64,000 nt of DNA. Origin: Gemmatales bacterium. Its GTDB lineage: Bacteria > Planctomycetota > Planctomycetia > Gemmatales > HRBIN36. Both the position numbers and the translations under genes were made by a program. A model generated the notes under the pieces. The model had not been told where the DNA came from, ran no database searches, and worked only from the letters and a program-made list of their open reading frames with translations. The stretch lies in NCBI GenBank assembly GCA_041640595.1, contig JBEPZY010000007.1:53611-117610 (forward strand). The letters run 5' to 3'. This document shows, piece by piece, positions 10,245 to 20,380 of the stretch; the first letter of the stretch is position 1, and each line of letters starts with the position of its first letter.

Positions 10245-11087
10245 ATGCCATGGAAGACGATTCTGGCCGGCGGGTTAGTCGTAGCCGCCGGTTTGACTGC
10301 CTGGTGTATGTATCAGTATCGAGGTGGGCTCTCTGGGCAAAACGTGGAGCAAAGGGAGTCGTCGCAGGCTGAAGCTAACGAAACGAGTCTCGACAAGGCG
10401 CTGGAGCTTCTCCACGTTGCCGCCAATCGGTTGGCGACCGTGCGAGACTATCGTTGTCAGTATCTACGCAAGGAATTGATTGATGGCGAGTGGAAGAAGA
10501 ATCATGTCTTGCTCCGCATACGCCACCAGCCTTTTAGCGTTTATATGGAGTGGGTATCGGATGAGGCGACAAAACGTGGTCGGAAGGTTGCTTACCACGA
10601 ACAGATGGGGGACAAGATGCTGGTTCGGGTGCCGCTGCTGGGAATAGTGAGGCAAATGGACTTGCAGACCAGCGTTCGCATGAAGGAAAGCAAGTACACG
10701 GTGGCACAGGCTGGGATCAAAAACCTGGTGGAGCGGTTGTCGGAACGCTGGGAGCGGGAAAAACAGTTAGGACTGACCAGGGTACAGTGCCAGGATGTAG
10801 AACTGGAAGTGGCGGTCGGGACGCAAACGTTTCGGCAACCATGTGTTTGCATCACAACACTGCATCCGTCTCAACACCGCGAAGTGTTCCAGCGGGAAGG
10901 CTTTATGTTTCACCGCACCAGCGTTTACTTTGCGAAGGATGGCCCGGCTGCCGGTTTGCCAGTGCAGTTGAAAGGTTATGACTGGCCGGCCGATGGTTCG
11001 GACGGCGAGGGTCCCCTGGTTGAAGAGTCCGCATACGTGCAAATCGAATTGAATGTCGGTCTTACTGACCGAGATTTTGAACCATAG
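10245..11087 (+). CDS. DUF1571 family protein with N-terminal membrane anchor
   Basis: DYRC..LRKELIDG, RIRHQPFSVYMEW and terminal ELNVGLTDRDF. GGAGG RBS. Confidence 0.75.
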   Translation: MPWKTILAGGLVVAAGLTAWCMYQYRGGLSGQNVEQRESSQAEANETSLDKALELLHVAANRLATVRDYRCQYLRKELIDGEWKKNHVLLRIRHQPFSVYMEWVSDEATKRGRKVAYHEQMGDKMLVRVPLLGIVRQMDLQTSVRMKESKYTVAQAGIKNLVERLSERWEREKQLGLTRVQCQDVELEVAVGTQTFRQPCVCITTLHPSQHREVFQREGFMFHRTSVYFAKDGPAAGLPVQLKGYDWPADGSDGEGPLVEESAYVQIELNVGLTDRDFEP

Positions 11088-11268
11088 CGCAAAAAGTCCA
11101 ACGCTGTTCTCGGATAAGGCTGGTAATGAAGGCAATGCTGGTTGTCTTCGTTTTTCGAGAGCGTGAATACGCCGACCAGACTTGCAGCAGTCAGGGGCTC
11201 AATTTCCCGGTCTGTCGCAATTGTGCCTGGCCGGGCTGGCGAGTGCGCGATTCGGACTGTGGCCTTTG

Positions 11269-12471
11269 TTACTTCCAGGACCGGCAGGCCGGATGTCTGA
11301 GTGGCAGCCACGCACCGCCTTCCTTGGAACTGGCCACGCATTGCCGGATGAAGTTCATGCCGTCCACACCGTCGTACACGTTTGGATACAGGGTGTTTTT
11401 GGGGTCAACCTTTTGACCTGTCGCTCGTTTGATAATGTCGTCGTAAGCGGCCGTGTAGATGTTGGCGAAGGCTTCGATGAATGCTTCCGGATGCCCCGAA
11501 GGAAGACGGCTGCTGCGTTTGGCCGTTTCGGTGGTAAACGGGGCATTGGGATCGCGCGTGTAAAGCCGATGGGGTTGCCCGTTCACCTTAAACCACATTT
11601 TGTTGGGCTCTTCCTGGTGCCATTCGAGCGAACCTTTAGTGCCATCAATTTCGATCCACAAATCGTTTTCTCGGCCATGGGAAATTTGTGAGGCGGTTAC
11701 CGTTCCCAGCGCTCCGTTCTGGTACTGAATGATGCAGGTGCCATAGTCATCCAGCTGGCGACCGGGTTCGAAAATTTTGAGGGTGCAGGAAACCTTGTCC
11801 GGGAGCAAACCGGTAATATAGCGGCCCAGATTATAGGCATGAGTGCCGATGTCACCAAAACATCCCGCCGCCCCGCTACGAGCGGGATCGGTGCGCCAGC
11901 TGGCCTGCTTTTGCCCCTGCAATTCCAGGCGTGTACGCAGCCAGCCCTGAATGTAGAAGGCACGAATGGCCTGAATTTCGCCGAGTTCGCCATTGAGCAC
12001 CATGTCGCGTGCCTGTCGCACCAGGGGATAACCGGTGTAGTTATGAGTGAGGGCGAACACGATCCCCGTGCGCTCAACAATCCGCGCCAGTTCTTCAGCT
12101 TCCTCGAGAGTCAAAGTCATGGGTTTGTCGCAAATGACATTGAAGCCGGCTTCGGCGAAAGCTTTGGCGATTGGGAAATGGGTGTGATTGGGTGTGGCAA
12201 TGGTAACGAAGTCAATCCGCTGATCCGGCGGGAGCTTGCTCTCCTTTTCGACCATCTCCTGGTAGGAACCATAGGCCCGTTCGGGAGGAATGTCGTAATC
12301 GGGAGCCGAGGCCCTGGCACGTTGCGGATCGGAAGACAGAGCACCAGCCACAAGGACGGCGCGGTTGTCGAGAATCGCCGCCATTGCATGCACACGTCCG
12401 ATGAATGCTCCCTGACCACCACCGACCAGACCCATACGCAGTTTGCGATTCAGGGGCGCGTTCACAGCCAT
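11269..12471 (-). CDS. Gfo/Idh/MocA family oxidoreductase
   Basis: [41 protein letters not shown] upstream of ATG at 12471. Confidence 0.92.
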   Translation of the reverse strand: MAVNAPLNRKLRMGLVGGGQGAFIGRVHAMAAILDNRAVLVAGALSSDPQRARASAPDYDIPPERAYGSYQEMVEKESKLPPDQRIDFVTIATPNHTHFPIAKAFAEAGFNVICDKPMTLTLEEAEELARIVERTGIVFALTHNYTGYPLVRQARDMVLNGELGEIQAIRAFYIQGWLRTRLELQGQKQASWRTDPARSGAAGCFGDIGTHAYNLGRYITGLLPDKVSCTLKIFEPGRQLDDYGTCIIQYQNGALGTVTASQISHGRENDLWIEIDGTKGSLEWHQEEPNKMWFKVNGQPHRLYTRDPNAPFTTETAKRSSRLPSGHPEAFIEAFANIYTAAYDDIIKRATGQKVDPKNTLYPNVYDGVDGMNFIRQCVASSKEGGAWLPLRHPACRSWK

Positions 12472-12569
12472 GAGGTCTCTCCTTGAATAGCGGTTACCCT
12501 GGCTTTTATCCCGTAGTCTGACGCAAGTTGTATGCCTCAGGGCATGCGTCGGCCAGAACTCTGTGAGGG

Positions 12570-12723
12570 CCTTTGTCACACCAGCGCGGGGCCACGTTAT
12601 TGAACCATGCCTGGGCTGCCGCAACATACGGGGGTTTTATCAGACCAGCGCGGGCGACACATCCGGATACCGGACATCCGCAATAGGCGATGCCAGGGTT
12701 TTATCAGACCAGCGCGGGGCGAC
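12570..12723. repeat. Three degenerate ~26 bp direct repeats with 64 bp period (possible decayed CRISPR mini-array)
   Basis: CCTTTGTCACACCAGCGCGGGGCCAC (12570), GTTTTATCAGACCAGCGCGGG-CGAC (12634) and GTTTTATCAGACCAGCGCGGGGCGAC (12698), separated by 38-39 nt mostly unique spacers. Confidence 0.7.
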
Positions 12724-12919
12724 GTGTGCCGAAACGCCGAGATGCAAGCCGCACCGAAGCTCGGAGGTGTCTGGGAATTCCAACGGGTGGGCCCTGTTTT
12801 ACATCCATCAGGCGGTGCTGGCGTCTCGCCTTGCGAAGCCTCGCGGCTGCTGATATACAGCTGGACAGCGCTGCGATCTTGTCTTCGCCGGGAGATTTGA
12901 CCGAACTGCGAGGCAGAAG

Positions 12920-13516
12920 ATGACCACTAGCCAAGTGCTCGTGCTGGCTGTAGCGGCAATTACCTGGTACGGGTTTGGCTCACGAATGCGGCGGTCATTT
13001 CGATACGCAGACGTCTGGACTCCGGCGAAAACTTTGCTCGTGGTAAGTGGGTGGATTTGTACCCTCGGTCAGCTGACCGCACTGTTCTGGTTCCCCCCGC
13101 CGAGCTGGTGGCATGCGGGTGGGGCACTGGCGATTTACGGCTGGGCGAATTTATTATTCTGGTCAGCACTGCGGGCCCACGGGCAAACCAAACCTGCTTT
13201 CGTTTTTACCGAGGCAGCTCCCTGTTCCTTTTGCACAACAGGGCCATATCGCTATGTACGCCATCCGTTGTATGCGGCATATCTTTTTGCCTGGCTGAGT
13301 CCGCCTATTGCCACAGGCCAGTGGTGGTTGTTCGGCACGACGGCATGGATGGGCGGTTTGTACCTGCTGGCGGCCTGGCAGGAGGAAAGGGCTTTCCTTC
13401 GTAGTTCCTACGCCCCTGCATACCATGCTTATCGCTTCCGTACAGGGATGTTCCTGCCGCGACTTTCCACTTTATGGCAAGATGCTCGACAGTTCTGGCG
13501 GGCGAGCCGTAACTGA
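12920..13516 (+). CDS. Isoprenylcysteine carboxyl methyltransferase / phospholipid methyltransferase family membrane protein
   Basis: Hydrophobic helices plus TTGPYRYVRHPLY and EERAFL...Y..YR..TGMFLP. Confidence 0.85.
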   Translation: MTTSQVLVLAVAAITWYGFGSRMRRSFRYADVWTPAKTLLVVSGWICTLGQLTALFWFPPPSWWHAGGALAIYGWANLLFWSALRAHGQTKPAFVFTEAAPCSFCTTGPYRYVRHPLYAAYLFAWLSPPIATGQWWLFGTTAWMGGLYLLAAWQEERAFLRSSYAPAYHAYRFRTGMFLPRLSTLWQDARQFWRASRN

Positions 13517-13800
13517 CCGGCCGGAAACGATCGGCCAGCACCACGGTAGCACGGTCCCCGCCTCAAATGAAAGCCCGCTGCCCGTCAGCAATGGCAAATC
13601 GCCCGCCGAACCGGTTTTCCTGGTGGCGATGGAGAGCAAGGGCGGTGCTGGTCTGGCCGACGTGGTGTTTATACATTTAAGCGTGCCTACCCTCAGCAGT
13701 GTAGCATGTGTCGCCATTTTGCCCGTCAATTAAACGCTCCTGCTGACCCGCCTTATTTGGCCAACCTGCCGGGAAATGACCTATCAGCGAGGACTGGGCC

Positions 13801-15099
13801 ATGCAAGTGATGCGAATCGCGCTTTTAGGGTTAGTTGCGGCTCTAGCAGCCTGTGGTGCCCACACAAACCGACCGGCAAGCAGTTCTGCTGTGGCTGCTG
13901 CTACGAACGCCCCTGCGATCAGCTGGCCACAATGGCGGGGGCCTTACCGTGATGCTATCTGCAGGGAAACCGGTTTGTTGCCAAAGTGGCCCAAAGACGG
14001 TCCCCCTTTGCTTTGGGAGGCGAAAGGATTAGGTCGGGGCTACTCCAGTGTTTCCATTGCTGGTGGCCGGCTTTTCACTATGGGCGACCGATCGGATGCG
14101 TGTTACGTCATCTGCCTCGATGCTGAGAATGGAAAGGAGCAATGGGCTACCAAGGTGGGTAAAACTGGCGGTAGTTATCCCGGACCGCGGTCCACGCCTA
14201 CAGTTGACGGCGACCGCGTTTATGCCCTGGGACAGTTTGGCGACCTGGTCTGCCTGAACGTTTCCGATGGCAAAGAATTGTGGCGAAAAAGCTTGCCCAA
14301 CGACTTCAAAGGCCGAAAAGGGGACGGCTGGCATTACAGCGAGTCCGTGCTCATTGATGGAGAAAAACTCCTGTGCACGCCGGGCGGGGAAGAAGCACCT
14401 ATCGTGGCTCTGAACAAACTGACCGGGGAGGTGATCTGGAAAGCCAAGATACCCGGAGGTGTTCGTGCTGGACATGCTTCCATGGTGATTGCGGAGGTTG
14501 GGGTCCGGCAGTACATTCAACTGACGGCGGACGGCGTGGTTGGCGTGCGGGCCAGCGATGGCCAGTTGCTCTGGCGTTGGGGCCAGGGAAAAATCGCTCC
14601 CAATACCGCCAACATTCCCACGCCCATCGTCGAAGGCGACAAGGTTTTCGTGACCGTCGGGTACGGAAAAGGTGGCGGATCGTTGCGGCTCATTCCTCGC
14701 CCCAACGGCTGCGATGTGGAAGAAGTGTATTTCGAGCGCCGGTTGACCAATCGTCATGGTGGTGTTGTTCTGGTCAACGGTTATCTTTACGGCGACCGCG
14801 ACAATAGCGGTTTTCCCTGGTGTGCTGAGTTTTCCACAGGCAAAATTATGTGGTCGAAACAAACACGTGGCCCAGGCGAAGGCTCGGCGGCGATCCTTTA
14901 CGCCGACGGCAAACTGTACATTCGCTATGACAATGGCATCCTGGCTCTGGTAGAAGCTTCGCCCCACGAATATCGGGAAATCAGCACCTTCAAAATCCCG
15001 CACAGTTCCCGTCAAAGCTGGTCGCATCCGGTCATCTGTAACGGCAAACTGTACCTGCGCGAACAGGATTACCTTCTGTGCTATAACTTGCGACCGTAA
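13801..15099 (+). CDS. BamB/PQQ-like beta-propeller protein, probable lipoprotein
   Basis: LAAC lipobox, WPQWRGP, repeated ALD..TG...W blades, C-terminal WSHPVI.NGKLYLR. Confidence 0.88.
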   Translation: MQVMRIALLGLVAALAACGAHTNRPASSSAVAAATNAPAISWPQWRGPYRDAICRETGLLPKWPKDGPPLLWEAKGLGRGYSSVSIAGGRLFTMGDRSDACYVICLDAENGKEQWATKVGKTGGSYPGPRSTPTVDGDRVYALGQFGDLVCLNVSDGKELWRKSLPNDFKGRKGDGWHYSESVLIDGEKLLCTPGGEEAPIVALNKLTGEVIWKAKIPGGVRAGHASMVIAEVGVRQYIQLTADGVVGVRASDGQLLWRWGQGKIAPNTANIPTPIVEGDKVFVTVGYGKGGGSLRLIPRPNGCDVEEVYFERRLTNRHGGVVLVNGYLYGDRDNSGFPWCAEFSTGKIMWSKQTRGPGEGSAAILYADGKLYIRYDNGILALVEASPHEYREISTFKIPHSSRQSWSHPVICNGKLYLREQDYLLCYNLRP

Positions 15100-15224
15100 C
15101 ATTCCGCATGGTCTCTCCGTTTTGAACCAGAATTTCAACACGAATGACCTGTTGCCGGTCAACTTTGTAGCCCGCTGAAGACGATGGAAGGGACGCGAGG
15201 TGATACCTTCAGCCAGGGCGGCAC

Positions 15225-16592
15225 ATGTCGGATATTAGCCACCAGGAAAGCGTGATTCGTCAGTTGCAGGAATGGGAAGCGGAACTCATTCGCCGCGAGG
15301 AAGCGCTCCGTCGCCGCGAGCTGGAACTTCAGGAACGGGAAGCGCTGGTCTCTCCGCTTGTGGACAATTCGAAGCAAGAGCTGGAGGGATTGGAGCAGCG
15401 CATACGAAATGCCCGGCGGCGTTTGCTGACTCTCGCCGAGGAATATGACCGCTTACGAAGCAAGATTTCCGCACTGACGCAACATACGCAACCATTGCCG
15501 GACGACCTTTCCTCGCCAGCCAGTGCGAACATCGGCGCCACGGATGGCAAATCTGTTCCGGAAAAGAACGAGTCGTTACCCTGGCCACCGGTAGCTATGC
15601 AAAAGTTAACCGAGCCTATCGCTTGCCTGCAGCAGCTTGTCGGCGAATTGCTGGATCGGGCGATTGAACTGCATGAATTGTCCAACCGGTTAGCCGAGCT
15701 CCGTCAGCAATGGCTGACCGAGTGGGATGCTGCTATAGAGGAACTGCAAAACCGCGCTCGAACTCTGGCCAACTGGGAACAGGACCTGCACCGTCGTCAC
15801 GCAGGTTTGAAGCGAGCTGAAGTGCATCTCTCTCGCCAGGCACACGAACAAATGGCTCGTCAACTGCAATTGCAAGCGGCGGAGACACGCCTGGCTGCAC
15901 ATCAGCGTGCCTGGGAGTTAGCATTCAAACAGCTCAAGATTCGCTGGCGGCAGGCCACTCGGTCATTGCGCCGGCGCGAATTACACCTGCAATGGCTCTA
16001 CGACGAATGGCGAACTCGCTCACAAACCTCCTACCAGCGCTGGCAGGAAGCCCATCGCCAGGCCTATGAGCAAGCCCAACGCTATGCCCGTCTCAGTCAG
16101 CAATGCCAGGAATTCCTGGCGCAGCTAGAAGTAGCACGGTTTCGGCTTTGGGAAAAACAGCAGGCCCTGGAAGCGGCAGTGCAAACCTGGACTATGCAAA
16201 CCGACGATCCTGCTGCCGCAGAAGAACACTGGCAAGCCTGCCAGCAGCGATTGGCGGAACATTTGGCTCGATGGGAACAACGATTACAGCAGCGTGAGCG
16301 CCAGCTGGCCGGCGAATGGCACGCTTTGACTCGTTTGCTTTCCAATCTGTACCAGCGCGAACGCGAAGTACAGGCAAGCTCGCAGAAACTGTATTTGGAT
16401 ACGCTTGCCCAGCAGTGGCAAGCTTATTGCCGTTGGGCGGAAAGCCAGCACAATTTGACCAAGGTCGACATTGCACACGCTGAACGGGATTATCTCTGGG
16501 CAACAAACGCGGCGTTGCTTTCCGATATCGAGAAACTAGCCGTTTGCCTGCTGCAACCTGTGGCTCAGCAACCTTTATCTCAGGCCGCTTGA
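15225..16592 (+). CDS. Long coiled-coil hypothetical protein
   Basis: 455 aa ORF rich in Q/E/R/L with heptad character and no recognisable catalytic motif. Confidence 0.7.
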   Translation: MSDISHQESVIRQLQEWEAELIRREEALRRRELELQEREALVSPLVDNSKQELEGLEQRIRNARRRLLTLAEEYDRLRSKISALTQHTQPLPDDLSSPASANIGATDGKSVPEKNESLPWPPVAMQKLTEPIACLQQLVGELLDRAIELHELSNRLAELRQQWLTEWDAAIEELQNRARTLANWEQDLHRRHAGLKRAEVHLSRQAHEQMARQLQLQAAETRLAAHQRAWELAFKQLKIRWRQATRSLRRRELHLQWLYDEWRTRSQTSYQRWQEAHRQAYEQAQRYARLSQQCQEFLAQLEVARFRLWEKQQALEAAVQTWTMQTDDPAAAEEHWQACQQRLAEHLARWEQRLQQRERQLAGEWHALTRLLSNLYQREREVQASSQKLYLDTLAQQWQAYCRWAESQHNLTKVDIAHAERDYLWATNAALLSDIEKLAVCLLQPVAQQPLSQAA

Positions 16593-16694
16593 AGTGGCAT
16601 CGTTGTGCCCGCTATTGACAGCCCAGTTCGGTTCAAACACGCACCATAGCACCAAAGGCCGGAGCTAATGGGCCTCAATAACAAACGAGGACGT

Positions 16695-17429
16695 TCAGGA
16701 AGCAGCAATCGGAACGCCCAGAAACGCAAATGTCTGCCAGAAGGCAGGCGGTTTTGCCGTAAAGGTCATCTTGGCACCAGTGATGGGATGAACAATACTT
16801 AGTTTGTAAGCATGCAAAGCGATGGCGTCGTCAAGACGAAAACTCGATCCGTATTTCCTGTCCCCATAAATAGGGCAACCGCGATCGGCGAGCTGAGCGC
16901 GAAGTTGATGGCGTCGGCCTGTTTCTGGGCGTAACTCTAACCAGGACAAACCCCGGCCTATGCTTTTCCGCTCATAGTGCAGCACAGCTAAACGGCTACC
17001 TGGCAAGCGTTGCCTGGAGACTCGGACACGCTGGGCTCGTTCATCTCGGCATAGCCAGTCTTGCAAGGTTCCGCGTACACCCGGAAAAATCCCCTCCACA
17101 ATCGCCCAGTATATTTTTTCTACCGATTTGCTCCGAAATTGTTCGGTCAGACGGCTGGCTGCTTTGCTGGTGCGAGCTAATACCAGCACCCCGGTAACGG
17201 GCTTGTCCAGCCGGTGAACGATACCGATATAGACGTTGCCTGGCTTATGGTACCTTTGTTTGAGATAATTGGCGGCCCAGCGATGCACACTGGCAGGCGT
17301 TGCCGTTCCGCTCATGACAGCCAATCCGGCGGGCTTATTGACCACCAGCAGATGCGAATCTTCGTAAATCACCTGGCAGGTTGGGTTATTCACGACGAAA
17401 TGTGCCCTGACTGGTCGGGTGTTGACCAT
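16695..17429 (-). CDS. RluA family pseudouridine synthase
   Basis: VNKPAG, VHRLDKPVTG, TGRRHQLR, GDRKYG, LHA. Confidence 0.92.
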   Translation of the reverse strand: MVNTRPVRAHFVVNNPTCQVIYEDSHLLVVNKPAGLAVMSGTATPASVHRWAANYLKQRYHKPGNVYIGIVHRLDKPVTGVLVLARTSKAASRLTEQFRSKSVEKIYWAIVEGIFPGVRGTLQDWLCRDERAQRVRVSRQRLPGSRLAVLHYERKSIGRGLSWLELRPETGRRHQLRAQLADRGCPIYGDRKYGSSFRLDDAIALHAYKLSIVHPITGAKMTFTAKPPAFWQTFAFLGVPIAAS

Positions 17430-17854
17430 CGCTTGTTGTCAGCCTCGTGGTCGCCGAACGGGTCGGGAGTGTTGTCGAACCGCTCCAGGTCGCGATCGGT
17501 CCAGCCAAAATGATGGGCCAGTTCGTGGATCACCGTCTTCCGAATCTCGATCCGCAGCTGCTCAGGATCAGGAAAATCTCTCTCCAGAGGCCCTTTATAG
17601 ATGACGATGCGATATGGCATGGTGTGGGGGTCAATTGCCTCCGTCCACGGCGATGTCTTGATCACCGGCTCGAACAAACCGTAAATCGTGTGTCCCGTCG
17701 CGATTTCCTCTTCCGTCAACCCAACGGCACGCAGCACTTCTGGGCTCGGCTCCTGTTCGACATCCACAATCACGTTGCCGAGGTGATGGCTTATTTCCTC
17801 GGGCAAATTGTCCAGTACCTGCTTCACTACGCCGCAGAATTCTTTCCAGGTCAT
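17390..17854 (-). CDS. Zincin-like metallopeptidase family protein (DUF1025-like)
   Basis: IVIYKGPL...IRKTVIHELAHHFG (HExxH). Start set at MTWKEF. Confidence 0.85.
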   Translation of the reverse strand: MTWKEFCGVVKQVLDNLPEEISHHLGNVIVDVEQEPSPEVLRAVGLTEEEIATGHTIYGLFEPVIKTSPWTEAIDPHTMPYRIVIYKGPLERDFPDPEQLRIEIRKTVIHELAHHFGWTDRDLERFDNTPDPFGDHEADNKRWSTPDQSGHISS

Positions 17855-17902
17855 AGATGTTTTTGCCTCGGCGGAACGCCGTTGGAGTGATTTCGCTATA
17901 CT

Positions 17903-18574
17903 ATGATACCAGAACCGGCTGCAAGAAACGTGCATTTACCCCACAGACTAATTCTGTGCCATCAGCGATGGGGCGATGCCGGCACGAAGAAAGCGAGGCC
18001 GCTTGTGCAGCACGATAGCGTTCCCGTTAGCCGCTATTACCTGCTCACCCGCCTGGGGTTACTGGAGCTTGGCTGGACGCCGCGTGGGCTACACTGCCTG
18101 CGTTGGTGTCGGCGGCTCCCGGCTTCTGCGTTCGCATGTCCGACTCCGTTTCCCGCGTGGCTCGACCGAACCGTGGCTATGCTGCGTTTGTATTGCGAAG
18201 GCCGGGTGGTGCATTTCCGACGGGCGCCTATTGACTGGTCGGGTTTTCGACCGTTCCAGCGGTTGGTTTTGAAAGCCTGCCGGAGTATTCCTTTCGGAAA
18301 AACGGTCAGCTACCAGGAATTGGCACAGCAAATCGGTCGGCCCAGAGCGGTGCGTGCAGTAGCGCGTGCACTGGCAACGAATCCTTTGCCTATCGTTATT
18401 CCCTGTCATCGTGTGGTACGCAAAAATGGTAACCTGGGTGGCTATAGTGCTCCGGGCGGCGTTGCCTTGAAACGACGGTTGCTTCAGATGGAGAAGCAAG
18501 CTTTGCTGGCGAATGCTCAAATCGCTGATACTAATCCTGTAAGCCATGTCGGACTTGCTGTGGCAGATCGTTGA
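17903..18574 (+). CDS. ogt: Methylated-DNA--protein-cysteine S-methyltransferase
   Basis: IPFGKTVSY, RAVA.ALATNP, active-site PCHRV. Start uncertain. Confidence 0.9.
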   Translation: MIPEPAARNVHLPHRLILCHQRWGDAGTKKARPLVQHDSVPVSRYYLLTRLGLLELGWTPRGLHCLRWCRRLPASAFACPTPFPAWLDRTVAMLRLYCEGRVVHFRRAPIDWSGFRPFQRLVLKACRSIPFGKTVSYQELAQQIGRPRAVRAVARALATNPLPIVIPCHRVVRKNGNLGGYSAPGGVALKRRLLQMEKQALLANAQIADTNPVSHVGLAVADR

Positions 18575-19328
18575 ACAGAAGCGGCGAGAATTGGCTCTGC
18601 GGCAGTCGCTGTTACCGCTCCGGGAACTGCTGCATCGAGCAGAGCAGGCACCAGTGCCGCGCGGGTTTCGCCGAGCCTTGGTCGAACCGCCCGGCATTCA
18701 GATGATCGCCGAAATCAAACGCGCTTCCCCATCTGCCGGACTAATCAAGGCCCACGCCGATGCAGTTACTCAGGCTCAGTTGTACGCATCCGGCGGCGCT
18801 GCTTGTTTGAGTGTGCTTACCGATGAGAAGTTTTTCCATGGTTCGTTGCAGGATTTAGAAGCAGTCCGGCAAGCGGTCAATTTGCCGGTTTTGCGCAAGG
18901 ATTTCGTCGTGGATGCATACCAGGTGGTGGAGGCCAGGGCTGCTGGTGCGGATGCGGTGTTGCTTATTGCGGAAATTCTCAGCGATAAAGAACTGCGTGC
19001 CTTGCTCGCGGAAATTCGCCGTTGGGGCATGGATGCGCTGGTGGAATTCCACAAATCAGAAAATTTACCTCGTGTGCTGGACAGCGGAGCCGATCTGGTC
19101 GGTATCAATAACCGAAACCTGAGCACTTTCCAAACAGACATTCGCCACACGTTTGGATTAGCTGACCGGATACCGCCGCATGTGTGCCTGGTCAGCGAAA
19201 GTGGTATCCGAACCCGGGAAGATGTGCTGCAACTCGAACAGGTTGGTGTGAAGGCGGTGTTGATTGGAGAAACCCTTATGCGTGCTCCCGACCCCGTGGC
19301 TAAGCTTCGAGAATTACGCGGCTCTTGA
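18546..19328 (+). CDS. trpC: Indole-3-glycerol phosphate synthase
   Basis: IAEIKRASPS, LSVLTD, LRKDF, GINNRNL, SESGI, LIGE. Confidence 0.96.
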   Translation: MSDLLWQIVEQKRRELALRQSLLPLRELLHRAEQAPVPRGFRRALVEPPGIQMIAEIKRASPSAGLIKAHADAVTQAQLYASGGAACLSVLTDEKFFHGSLQDLEAVRQAVNLPVLRKDFVVDAYQVVEARAAGADAVLLIAEILSDKELRALLAEIRRWGMDALVEFHKSENLPRVLDSGADLVGINNRNLSTFQTDIRHTFGLADRIPPHVCLVSESGIRTREDVLQLEQVGVKAVLIGETLMRAPDPVAKLRELRGS

Positions 19329-19620
19329 GTCATCCGCATGCTTCTATGCAATGCATAATTGACCAGGTTACTTAGATGGCCAGCGGCATGTGTTCACGCC
19401 AGAAAGGTAACACCAGCCGCCCAACGGTGAATCATCAAAGTACTAAGCCACCTTTTTTAGAAAATCTGCACACTCTAACCTGATTGGCTGAAACCTGCGA
19501 ATTACAATACCAGCCTGTGTTCAGGCGGCTTTGAACATCACTGGAAATAATAGCGATATTGGCAGCAGATGCCGACTACGATACGGCGGTACTGGTTCAA
19601 CAGAACTCCTGGTCCGTGCC

Positions 19621-20220
19621 CTAATTCTCCCGACGAATAGACTTGATAACGACATCCTCTACCGGTACATCACGGTGGCCGTCACGCGTGGTCGTTTTCA
19701 CCAGGCTGATTTTGTCCACGACATCCATGCCCTCGATGACCCGTCCGAACACACAATAGCCAACGCCATCTTTTGCTTCGCGGCGATCGAGAAAGGTATT
19801 GTCGCGGACATTGATGTAAAACTGTGAAGTCGCACTGTCCGGTTCAGAAGTGCGAGCCATAGCAATGGTCCCGCGGCGGTTGGATAAGCCGTTTGCTGAT
19901 TCATTTTTGATGGGTGAACGTGTTTTCCTCGGTTTCATGCCGGGTTCATAGCCACCGCCCTGAATCATAAAATCTTCGATAACGCGATGGAAGATGAGAC
20001 CGTCATAAAAGCGTTCGTCCACGTATTGCAGGAAATTCTTCACGGTTTCGGGAGCCTCCGCCGGGAACAGTTCGACTTTGATGGTGCCCAGGGAGGTTTC
20101 GATTCGCACGACGGGGTTCTTTACTCCCTGGTTCGTCGGCCCGGGCGATGAAAAAAGCAATACCGCTAACAGGCCGATCAACAAAACCGTCGGCATGCCA
20201 ACCCAGAGCAATAGTCGCAT
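19621..20220 (-). CDS. ppiA: Cyclophilin-type peptidyl-prolyl cis-trans isomerase, exported
   Basis: [39 protein letters not shown]-terminal hydrophobic segment. Confidence 0.93.
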   Translation of the reverse strand: MRLLLWVGMPTVLLIGLLAVLLFSSPGPTNQGVKNPVVRIETSLGTIKVELFPAEAPETVKNFLQYVDERFYDGLIFHRVIEDFMIQGGGYEPGMKPRKTRSPIKNESANGLSNRRGTIAMARTSEPDSATSQFYINVRDNTFLDRREAKDGVGYCVFGRVIEGMDVVDKISLVKTTTRDGHRDVPVEDVVIKSIRREN

Positions 20221-20380
20221 GATACTGCACTCCTTGTAGCTTGCAAAATATCCTCACTGCCGCCTTGCGGCGGTAACCGCGACGGCTCGTTTCCGATTAG
20301 CTGGTAATTATTTCTGTCACCGGTGGAAAGTTGCCCTCGTTAATAATAGTGATATGCCCTGAGTAAAGGGAGCCAAGAAC

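Noticed and set aside
14029..15162. 377 aa minus-strand ORF
   Set aside because: Antisense shadow of the beta-propeller gene; no motifs.
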